From positions 21,677 to 85,676 of IMG/VR virus record IMGVR_UViG_3300021319_000137: a stretch of DNA of 64,000 nt, one strand, 5' to 3'. The notes below the pieces were generated by a model. The model did no database searches and was not told the DNA's origin. It worked only from the letters and a program-made list of their open reading frames with translations. The position numbers and the translations under genes are program-made. This document shows positions 47,970 to 56,213 of the stretch, in pieces; position 1 is the first letter of the stretch; the number at the start of each line of letters is the position of its first letter. Origin of the DNA: a virus. Its lineage: Duplodnaviria > Caudoviricetes.

Positions 47970-48803
47970 ATGTACGATTTAGAAAATATTGAATCAGGTG
48001 GCCAGTCGCTCGAACAAGGGGTGAGTGGTCGCCTGACCGATACTCAGGAAGATTACCTACGTGAACTTATGCCCGACGAACAATCTTGGGAGGGTATGAG
48101 TGATGCTCAACGTGATGAAGCGGTCAGCGACATTCTGCAACGATATGGCGAGTTAAACCTGCCTGCCGATTTCAACCTTCATGAAAGTATAGGTAAGGTG
48201 TTTGACCAGCGTATCGTTGAGCAATATGAACGATTAGAGGCGCCACAAGACTACGTGCAGATTGAAGCCGTTGGTGAGACATTGGCGAATTGTGAGGAAC
48301 TGAGGTGGGAAAACTGGCAGAACCTCGAACTATCCGAGAAAGTCGAGGTGCTTAATGACATTGAGTCACGAATTGCCGCAATCGAGCATAGGCCTCCATG
48401 CCCAGTGAGGACGGGGAACGACATGGGTCAACTAGAGGTGACTTCATACGGAGTATTTGGGCATCTAGGCGGATACAGGACTGGCAGCAAGGACATCACA
48501 CTTAATCCCGAACTTCTGACAAGTGATAATCCTATGGTCTATCGAGAAATGCTTGACACGTTGGTACACGAAGGGCGTCATGCTTACCAGGACTACAATG
48601 TCAACGTGTGTGAAGTGCATCCTCGACACAGCGAGGTGGCGAGTTGGAGTGAGACCATGGCTGGAGGCAAGTGGGGCTACTGGGGCGACTGCAGTAATGA
48701 ACTGGGACAGCGCCTTTACGAGCAACAGGCTATCGAGATAGATGCCCGCAACTTTGCTCATGATGTATTAAATAACTGGTGGGATCGAATTCTTGAAGCA
48801 TAA
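47970..48803 (+). CDS. HExxH zincin-like metallopeptidase with acidic N-terminus
   Basis: DTLVHEGRHAYQ and a downstream YEQQAIEIDAR third-ligand Glu motif. Confidence 0.8.
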   Translation: MYDLENIESGGQSLEQGVSGRLTDTQEDYLRELMPDEQSWEGMSDAQRDEAVSDILQRYGELNLPADFNLHESIGKVFDQRIVEQYERLEAPQDYVQIEAVGETLANCEELRWENWQNLELSEKVEVLNDIESRIAAIEHRPPCPVRTGNDMGQLEVTSYGVFGHLGGYRTGSKDITLNPELLTSDNPMVYREMLDTLVHEGRHAYQDYNVNVCEVHPRHSEVASWSETMAGGKWGYWGDCSNELGQRLYEQQAIEIDARNFAHDVLNNWWDRILEA

Positions 48804-49087
48804 TGGAGAATCAAATAAAATATATACTCATTGATCGTGGATATAATGAGCGTAATGCCAAGTTGGTCGCCCATGAATTAACTCTTCTGTCGGCACCACT
48901 ACAACCGTTATTATCGCAATGGTTGGAGAATGAACAGCATATGGAGGATTATAAGGCTGAGGGCTACACTATTACTGGCCTGATGCAAAAGCGAGGCATG
49001 ACCTATCCTGCTGCATTGCTCACTATAGACTGGCTGCTCAAAGAGCCAGAGGAAGCAAAACTAAGTCTATCACGAGGCATTAAGTAG
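48803..49087 (+). CDS. Small helical protein (94 aa)
   Basis: Start overlaps the peptidase stop (TAATG). Confidence 0.7.
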   Translation: MENQIKYILIDRGYNERNAKLVAHELTLLSAPLQPLLSQWLENEQHMEDYKAEGYTITGLMQKRGMTYPAALLTIDWLLKEPEEAKLSLSRGIK

Positions 49088-49092
49088 CGACT

Positions 49093-49335
49093 ATGGCACA
49101 GTTTACGTTAACTGCTCGTAATAATATCGATCGTCCTGGCTGTCACATCTCGCGTGGTACCACGTTTGATATCAACATCAACATAATGGGAATCACCCCG
49201 AATAACCTGTTCAATAACCCACGCTGCGCTGATCAACTGGCGCGACAGTTTAAAATCAACGGAATTGATCTGCCCATGACAGACCGTGGTGTGTATAATA
49301 AAGGGGCGTGGGATATCCAGATGACCAGCCGATGA
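49093..49335 (+). CDS. Small protein (80 aa)
   Basis: Tight operon packing. Confidence 0.65.
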   Translation: MAQFTLTARNNIDRPGCHISRGTTFDININIMGITPNNLFNNPRCADQLARQFKINGIDLPMTDRGVYNKGAWDIQMTSR

Positions 49336-49362
49336 ATAAACAAACATTAATACGTTAGTAAT

Positions 49363-49578
49363 ATGGTACGAGGAACAACTTTATTCAAGTGCACAGAGTG
49401 TGGAAACCAGTTCAAGGCTCCTGACATCGAATGGATGGGGACAACAATGAGTGTGCCGCAACCGTGTCCCAAGTGTCACAGCATTAGGACTCGCCCGTCA
49501 AGGCTTAGCTCAATCACCTCCTGTGATGCCGTCTACGAAAAGATCTGGCAGGAAATCGACGAAAACAGCGAGGGCTGA
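49363..49578 (+). CDS. Zinc-ribbon protein (71 aa)
   Basis: CTECG...CPKC. Confidence 0.7.
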   Translation: MVRGTTLFKCTECGNQFKAPDIEWMGTTMSVPQPCPKCHSIRTRPSRLSSITSCDAVYEKIWQEIDENSEG

Positions 49579-49821
49579 AGAAACTAACCATCTATAGTGA
49601 TACGGTGCATAAATCAGGGCACTGTTCATATTCAAGCCGTAAGCCATCGGTAAACCCCGTATTGTGAGATTCTTTGAAAGTATCCGAAAAGTTTCTGAGA
49701 AGTCGGATGATTCTCTAAGACTTTGAAAAACAAGTCTGAGACTGTCGGAGGATTTTCAAAGTATGTCAGAGGACACCTCTTTGCTTGAGGTTGTGCCGAA
49801 GTAGTGCCAGCAGGTCGCTAC

Positions 49822-51273
49822 TCAGACGAAGAAGTCGTCAAGAATGATTTGCTGGTTGACATCCTTTGAATGCTCATTTCGGATGACACCATTTGTCGTG
49901 ACCATTACCAACTGGATGGAGTGGGTCTTGGTGTGCTGTTTGCTGTTCAAGAAAGCATAGATCTTGTTGCCCAGTTCTTTCTCGTACTGCTTGTCGATCG
50001 TGAATTCATGCTCACTGAACTTCATCTCACACAGATAGTCAGTGCGTTCACCCTTCCACTCCAGCACGAGGTCGATCTGACATAGTTCACCACTGGGGGC
50101 AGCCCCTTTCCAGCAATAGTTTCGGTTGATGGTCGCTATGCGAAGTTTCTCTTTCATCTGCTGCAGGTGTTCAATGCACAGCATCTCAAAGGTGTTCCCT
50201 GCCCAGGTGTAGAACGTGGGGGTGCGCTGGACAGTCCGCCAGTTTCCGGCATCGGTGCCCTTACCTTGGATGAAGTGCAGATAGAAAATCGAGAAGAAGT
50301 CCTTCAACTGATAGACAGTCTCAACACGTTCTTTGCCGTAGCGTGGGTATTCACGGGTAATGCCCGACTCATGAAGGTTGTCAAGTATCTTGCTGAATGT
50401 CCCGCCGAGCTCAATCCCAACAGCACTGGCCAGCTCTCGTCGTGTCATGCCATAGAACCTTGAGCCGAGGGCTTTTACAATATCCAGGTATCGCTCAGAC
50501 GTTGCGTAAAGTCCCGTATAGACATCACGGAACTCCTGGTGGATTCTCTTCTCGTCCTTGAAGAAGAAATCATCAATATTCTCCGACAGGTTTTTCTCGT
50601 TATCTATTCGGTCAAGATAATATGGAATACCACCAAAGGCCATATAGGCTACAGCCATCTCGTAACGCGACAGGTGGAAACCACGATTCTTGAAATAAGC
50701 TTCACATTCACGCAGCGTAAAAGGAAGCAGGCGTATGGTTCCCGTGAGCCGGCCATAAAGTCCACCATAGTCCCGAATCACATTATCAAGCATCCAACTG
50801 GTGGCTGATCCGCATACTACCAAGACCACATTGCGTTGACGGTCTGCCCAGGAATTCCAGAAATAGCCCAGTTCAGCAATCATCTCAGAGGACTGGGGAC
50901 CAGCAAGCCACGGCAACTCGTCAAGGAAGATGACGCGACGCTTAGTGCGAATGCCTTCGAGTTGAATCTTTAACAACCTGAACGCCTCCCGCCAGTTGGT
51001 AGGCCGTGGCGTGTCCTCAGCCATCCCAATGTCCAACAAGCTCTCATAGAAATGATCCAGCTGCGTTTGCTTGTATGTCTTTTCATCGTTGGCTTTAATG
51101 AATGATCCAATGGCACGGAACGTGATCTTGTCCTTATAGACCTCCTCCACAAGGTATGACTTGCCCACGCGCCGACGGCCATATATTGCCACGAACTCCG
51201 ATTTCGAGGTACTCAACAAACGTTCAAGCTGCTTGATTTCCTCTTCTCGACCTATGATATTCTGATATGCCAT
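49822..51273 (-). CDS. AAA+ ATPase (ATPase_2 / wHTH / DUF234-like), paralog 2
   Basis: YGRRRVGKS, IFLDELPW, VVCGS, QIDLVL...LCEMKF; ATG 51273. Confidence 0.85.
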   Translation of the reverse strand: MAYQNIIGREEEIKQLERLLSTSKSEFVAIYGRRRVGKSYLVEEVYKDKITFRAIGSFIKANDEKTYKQTQLDHFYESLLDIGMAEDTPRPTNWREAFRLLKIQLEGIRTKRRVIFLDELPWLAGPQSSEMIAELGYFWNSWADRQRNVVLVVCGSATSWMLDNVIRDYGGLYGRLTGTIRLLPFTLRECEAYFKNRGFHLSRYEMAVAYMAFGGIPYYLDRIDNEKNLSENIDDFFFKDEKRIHQEFRDVYTGLYATSERYLDIVKALGSRFYGMTRRELASAVGIELGGTFSKILDNLHESGITREYPRYGKERVETVYQLKDFFSIFYLHFIQGKGTDAGNWRTVQRTPTFYTWAGNTFEMLCIEHLQQMKEKLRIATINRNYCWKGAAPSGELCQIDLVLEWKGERTDYLCEMKFSEHEFTIDKQYEKELGNKIYAFLNSKQHTKTHSIQLVMVTTNGVIRNEHSKDVNQQIILDDFFV

Positions 51274-51331
51274 AACACCGTTGTTTTTGCTGTGCAAAGA
51301 TACAAAAACACCATAGAAATCCAAGAAAAAA

Positions 51332-51367
51332 TCAGCCATTTTCGAGATTTTTTTTGAAAACGGCTGA
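51332..51367. repeat. Palindrome (12-bp arms, 12-nt T-tract spacer) upstream of the ATPase 2 promoter
   Basis: tcagccattttc gagatttttttt gaaaacggctga; minus-strand -7 box TATCTTTG at 51302-51295. Confidence 0.8.
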
Positions 51368-51800
51368 CTTTTTTAAGTGCTTATGATTCGTATTTCCTTG
51401 ATTTACAGATAAATTTCTCCGCCTGAAATCCCCCAGCTGCCTTATAAATAACAAAGGAGAATTACGCCCCATTTTGGACTGCCGGCTTAATAGAAGAGAC
51501 TTGCCGGCGGATATGTAAGGGGCGACAACAATATTATGATGGAAAAGGACCGGCTAGCGAAGAGTCAGTCGGAGAACCACCATCCCGGACGCTATTATCT
51601 TCTTTTGGATAGACACCGGCCTTAAGCTGCCACCGTCGATTCAAATCAAGAGAGTCCGATCGAAGTGTGATATCAATGCTGGAGAAGTGTTGATGTCGCT
51701 CTTCTTTTTTTTCGGTTCTGTAAAGGGCAAAATGAAAGGGAACAACCATTACAGCCATTCCCAATCTAATTACACTATGAACTACACTATGACTATTTCT

Positions 51801-52145
51801 TCACTCCTTTGCTTTATACATCTGTCTGAACATTTCGGTTAACCGCTTATGCAAATCATTGCGATGCTCAAGCCAGGAGTCATCAAAGCTGTAGCCCTTG
51901 TCCAATAAATAACCTTCAAAGAATAAAGCCAGATACTCACCCATCATATTCATCAGAATACTGAAAGCATTTAATTCTTTTCCACAATCAAAAACAAGTA
52001 CTCCGGCTGCATTCTTGGTAGCATGATCCTTGAAAATGCTCTCAAGTACGTCTCTTGCAAGGTCATTGTCGCAAAAGATTTTCTGAGCGGACATCAGCTC
52101 GTCTTTGGTCCATTCTCTTTTTTCAATAAATAATGATTGTGCCAT
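51801..52145 (-). CDS. Hypothetical protein, paralog of 52256-52576
   Basis: Shared WTKDxL, ATKNxAGxL and KGYxF motifs. Confidence 0.75.
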   Translation of the reverse strand: MAQSLFIEKREWTKDELMSAQKIFCDNDLARDVLESIFKDHATKNAAGVLVFDCGKELNAFSILMNMMGEYLALFFEGYLLDKGYSFDDSWLEHRNDLHKRLTEMFRQMYKAKE

Positions 52146-52186
52146 AATCTTTTCTTCGTTTTTAATTGTATTGTTGTTCTTTAAAG

Positions 52187-52235
52187 AATAGGCCCGCCCT
52201 TTCGATGACGGGCCTGGTACTTAATTATAGTTTGT
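52187..52235. repeat. Hairpin repeat copy 1
   Basis: aggcccg/cgggcct stem, ccgcc...gatgacgg, tail tacttaattatagtttgt. Confidence 0.7.
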
Positions 52236-52255
52236 CTATCTCGGTTGTTTAGTCT

Positions 52256-52576
52256 TCAAATATATAAACCACCCAACAAACGAGTTAAGAACTCATGGAA
52301 CTCTTCAAAATCCCCTTTCCTGAATTTAAAGTCATAACCTTTTTCAGACAAAAAGGCATTTAAAAGGTGTTCCAAATGCATTGCCTGAAGGTTAATCAAC
52401 AGCCAAGTACCGTTAACCTCCCCTCTAAAGTCAATCGCCAATTCACCAGCAGAATTCTTAGTGGCCATCTTCTCAAATTCGTATTCAACAGCATTTCTTT
52501 CGAATTCGTTGCCAGCAATTTTCAGTAAGTCATCTTTTGTCCAAATTTTCTTTATTACTCTTTTAAATTTTCCCAT
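52256..52576 (-). CDS. Hypothetical protein, paralog of 51801-52145
   Basis: Shared WTKDxL, ATKNxAGxL and KGYxF motifs. Confidence 0.75.
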   Translation of the reverse strand: MGKFKRVIKKIWTKDDLLKIAGNEFERNAVEYEFEKMATKNSAGELAIDFRGEVNGTWLLINLQAMHLEHLLNAFLSEKGYDFKFRKGDFEEFHEFLTRLLGGLYI

Positions 52577-52618
52577 TTGTTGTAAATTAAAGTGTTGTTA
52601 GTTAGTATATCTTTTATT

Positions 52619-52674
52619 AAAAGGCCCGCCCCGCTCTGTTACGATGACGGACCTAGTGCTTAGTTACAGTTTGT
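52619..52674. repeat. Hairpin repeat copy 2
   Basis: aggcccg/cggacct stem, gatgacgg, tail tgcttagttacagtttgt. Confidence 0.7.
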
Positions 52675-52731
52675 TTTACGACACCTTGAAGGGTTGTCCC
52701 CTTCTCAGTATTTTAAAGTATATCCCTTGGA

Positions 52732-53469
52732 TTATGGTCCCAGGGAATCCTTGATATCCATTAGCGTCTGAGCCACAAACAAAGAACTATCAGCACTAGG
52801 AAGGGGAACTACTCCCCTCCCATTTGCTGTGACAAGACTAAAATCTGTGTTTGGATTAAACCCCTGCAATATTGCCTTTATATGAGTTTCGTATTTTTTC
52901 ATTAGTTTCTTCGATATCGCAGAAATCTTAGACATGGGAATGCTCTTTCCATAGACACAATTCCTACTGTCCGGTGAGAGGACTACAACGCAATCATCAA
53001 ATTTGAGAACAATAATCCAATACATCAGATCATTATCACTATCGTAATCGGGTTTGATAAAATATTCCGCATAAAATGCTCCATTAGTAACAATACCCTT
53101 CAAAGCTTGAATCAATTCAGGTAGCACTTTACTATCTGTGAAAAAACCGCCACATTCATAGACAAAATCGTTACCGGATTGACAACCACTTAGGATGCAG
53201 AACAAATTATTGGATTGGCGTATTATAATATCAGCATTGTAGTTGTTCCCATTTTTCATGATGGGTGAACCTTCAGATACTATTACTTCAGACACTATGC
53301 CAGAATTTATTTGGCTTAAAGCGTCAATCAGTTCGTCTAGCTTATCGTTTAATACTCGAATACCAAAATAGTAATCAGAACTGATAGACATATCGAAGAT
53401 ACTGATGAAGTCATCATGGTATAAGATACCATAATGTCTTTCTTCATTTTTAAAACAATACATATTCAT
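52732..53469 (-). CDS. Hypothetical protein (245 aa, low GC)
   Basis: Long ORF in the leftward operon. Confidence 0.7.
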   Translation of the reverse strand: MNMYCFKNEERHYGILYHDDFISIFDMSISSDYYFGIRVLNDKLDELIDALSQINSGIVSEVIVSEGSPIMKNGNNYNADIIIRQSNNLFCILSGCQSGNDFVYECGGFFTDSKVLPELIQALKGIVTNGAFYAEYFIKPDYDSDNDLMYWIIVLKFDDCVVVLSPDSRNCVYGKSIPMSKISAISKKLMKKYETHIKAILQGFNPNTDFSLVTANGRGVVPLPSADSSLFVAQTLMDIKDSLGP

Positions 53470-53478
53470 AAGCTTGTT

Positions 53479-53889
53479 TCATTTGATATTTAAATAGTTA
53501 ACATCAAGAATAGTAAAAGTGCCGTTAGCCGATGCCGATGCGAATAACTCTAAGCCACAACTCTTGGTTAATGCGTCCGAGAGTTCCACCAGTTGATTGA
53601 GCTCTAAGGTGCATGGTGCGTTCTGAAGCAGCTCAAGAATCACGGTGCCAGCGGGGAGTCTCTTACCGGCGACTTCGCTATTGATTAATTCGTAACGCAC
53701 ATAGATATCGTCATCGAAGTCAATCAAAGCAACATTCAGGTATTCGTCTCTAAATCTGGCGAGCGCAGCCTTCCCACGTGGAGAAAAGCCATCGGGTTTC
53801 AAGTGCGTCGTGATGAGTTGCGGCACTACCTGCTCTTCGGTGAAGTAGGGTTTCACTACATTCACGATACGTTCAATTGTAGGTTTCAT
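53479..53889 (-). CDS. Hypothetical protein (136 aa)
   Basis: ATG 53889 (MKPTIERIV). Confidence 0.65.
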   Translation of the reverse strand: MKPTIERIVNVVKPYFTEEQVVPQLITTHLKPDGFSPRGKAALARFRDEYLNVALIDFDDDIYVRYELINSEVAGKRLPAGTVILELLQNAPCTLELNQLVELSDALTKSCGLELFASASANGTFTILDVNYLNIK

Positions 53890-53907
53890 TTTCGTGTTAT
53901 AATAAAA

Positions 53908-53950
53908 TAGCCCCGCCACCTGCCGTGTCAAATGACGGGGCCAATTACTG
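53908..53950. repeat. Hairpin repeat copy 3 (diverged)
   Basis: gccccg/cggggc stem, ccgcc...atgacgg. Confidence 0.6.
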
Positions 53951-53954
53951 CGGA

Positions 53955-55439
53955 TTATTTCAGCTTGGAGAGTTGCTTCTTAGCAGCCTTCTTTTGAGCA
54001 ATGGCACTCTTGATCTGCTCATCAAGGTCCTTGATGCTCTTGTTGAGGGTAGCCTTGTCGCTCTCGCGCTGTTTCATGTCCTTCATTACAGCGAACATTG
54101 AACCACCTTTTGGCTGGATAGTGGTTGCAGCGCCAGTGCTGAGAATTTGGTTAATCTCATCGTCAATCACCTTGATCTGCTCGTCGGTAATCGATGAGGC
54201 AGGAGTGTTCTTGATGAACGACTTGAAGCTCCTCTGGAAATCAAGAATGAAGGTTTCCACCTGATCCTTGTTCTTCGGGTCAAATCCCTTCTGCGCTTCG
54301 TTGTACATGAAGAGTTTCAGGTACTTGACATACAACTCGTCGACGCCGATTTTTTTATTGAAATCGGCCTTCGGGGCGAAGATTGCATCCAGCATCTCCA
54401 GCGTGGTCAGCTTGCACTTTGCGGCTTTCGGATTCAGAAGACGTAATGCCTTCAGCATCTCCATACCGATATTTGCAGTGTCTAAGTCACACTCGGGAAG
54501 AGTACCATTGAGAATGGGCGACTTCCTGATAGCCTCACGGACCTGTGTGAGCGCATAGTTGAGGAATTTGGACGTAGCATACGGCTGAATCTTGCGAGCT
54601 TCCATCTCGGCCTTCATCAGCTTGTCCTCTACACCTGTCGTTTCTGACAGACTCTTGCGGAAGTCACCAAGGTCCCAATTGCGGTCGAAGGCGTTCATGT
54701 GGCGAACGGCGTCGGGAACGTTCTCGGGACAGGGAATGATCATAACATCAACGCCGTACTTATAGCCACTGCCAGCCACAGCAGCTGCACGATGTTGACC
54801 ATCGAGAATCAGGAACATATTGTCGATCTCAGGATTGTCCAGAGTGACGATATCGCCAGCCTCGTCCAAAACGGTAAGACCCTGTTCGATGGCCTTTCTT
54901 ACTAGGCATACGATTATCGACTGCTCGAAGCGATCAACATTGTCCTTCTCCAGCGACTTGATGAGTTCTTCAACGTGCTTCTCGATTACATCACGGTTCA
55001 AAGCACAGATGCAGAACTTACCACCCTTGTCGACAAGCTCCTTCATGTCAACGACCGGATAAGCGATAAAGTTAAGCTTCATCAACTTCATATAGGCAGT
55101 GATTGCATTAATCTCATCCTTGAAGTCCTGTTGACGCTGCATTCTGTTAGCCTCGGTCGTTTTTTCATCATCGGGACCTGAGCCCGATGCCTCCTGGGCC
55201 TGCGAGTCCTGCCCAGCGGACATATTCTCACCATCACGGGGTGCGGTGCCGCTCACCGTGGTAGTGGCCAAACTCTGCTCGTCCTCAGCGGCGGCAGTGG
55301 GCTCGACATCACTAGGTCCGGTATCGTCCTTTCCCGTGTTGATGGCCGAACCCTGCTCGGCTTGGTTAGGAACCAGGATCTTGTTCGGATCCTCTTCGCC
55401 CGGATTAGGGGCGGAAAACTGTTTCTTTGCCATAGGCAT
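53955..55439 (-). CDS. ParB/DGQHR-like domain protein with acidic disordered N-terminus and coiled-coil C-terminus
   Basis: LNRDV..KHVEEL, LILDGQHRAAA, NWDLGDF. Confidence 0.65.
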   Translation of the reverse strand: MPMAKKQFSAPNPGEEDPNKILVPNQAEQGSAINTGKDDTGPSDVEPTAAAEDEQSLATTTVSGTAPRDGENMSAGQDSQAQEASGSGPDDEKTTEANRMQRQQDFKDEINAITAYMKLMKLNFIAYPVVDMKELVDKGGKFCICALNRDVIEKHVEELIKSLEKDNVDRFEQSIIVCLVRKAIEQGLTVLDEAGDIVTLDNPEIDNMFLILDGQHRAAAVAGSGYKYGVDVMIIPCPENVPDAVRHMNAFDRNWDLGDFRKSLSETTGVEDKLMKAEMEARKIQPYATSKFLNYALTQVREAIRKSPILNGTLPECDLDTANIGMEMLKALRLLNPKAAKCKLTTLEMLDAIFAPKADFNKKIGVDELYVKYLKLFMYNEAQKGFDPKNKDQVETFILDFQRSFKSFIKNTPASSITDEQIKVIDDEINQILSTGAATTIQPKGGSMFAVMKDMKQRESDKATLNKSIKDLDEQIKSAIAQKKAAKKQLSKLK

Positions 55440-55495
55440 TCTCAGTTTTAATGTAAATAAACGTTAATTATAAATATGTTTGTTATTGCACAGTA

Positions 55496-55780
55496 TTAAT
55501 TACTGATGGTGTTGCGAGCCACCAAGGCCTCGAGATCTTTCTTACGGTAGAGGCGTTTGCGGCCGATTCGAGTTACCGGCAGGACACGCTTGACGGTCCA
55601 CGTGTAGAGAGTGCGGCGCGAGATGCACAGCATTTCTGCTGCAACGTCCGCAGTCACCAGTTCGTCCTTTTTGTCGGACACCTTGCTCTTACCGTCTAAG
55701 ACAAGAGCCTTAATCTCCTGAAGCTCGATTTTGATCGAGTCGAGATCCTCACTGCTCATTATCAATATTTTTTCAGCCAT
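55496..55780 (-). CDS. Excisionase-like HTH_17 protein
   Basis: VTADVAAEMLCISRRTLYTWT...IGRKRLYRKKDL. Confidence 0.8.
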   Translation of the reverse strand: MAEKILIMSSEDLDSIKIELQEIKALVLDGKSKVSDKKDELVTADVAAEMLCISRRTLYTWTVKRVLPVTRIGRKRLYRKKDLEALVARNTISN

Positions 55781-56155
55781 ATCTAATATTTATTTATAAT
55801 GTATTGTTGCATTTGTGTTGAAAATCGGTCTATTTACCAATTGTTCGCACTGCAAAATTACTGCCATTCTCCAAGCTGGCCAAGCAATGCCAACTATTTT
55901 ACTAATTGATTTTCAATATTTTATAAAATTTCTCCAAATCTGCAAGCTAGATGCCAGGCCACTGCAAGTTTGAACGAGAATTTGCAAGTTGGGTGCATGT
56001 TGTATGCAATTTTATATACACTAAAGTTTGACTGTTTTTGTAGTTATTGATTCGCTTCCTACAAAAATGCTACTTGTGCCTGTCGGAAGAACCTAAAAGA
56101 TTGCAGGCCGGGCGCCCCTATGATTTAATTTTTCCACCGTATGATGTGATGAGGT

Positions 56156-56193
56156 AAAAAAAACGGGCTGCACCTGATGGGTACAGTCCGCTA
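56156..56193 (-). terminator. Intrinsic terminator downstream of the integrase
   Basis: Minus strand cggactgtaccc/ggtgcagcccg followed by a T-tract. Confidence 0.6.
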
Positions 56194-56213
56194 TGCTATT
56201 TATTTAATAGAGG

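Noticed and set aside
49672-49761. Imperfect IR and direct repeats between the operon end and ATPase 2
   Set aside because: Degenerate single copy, consistent with a terminator or REP-like relic; not enough support for a function
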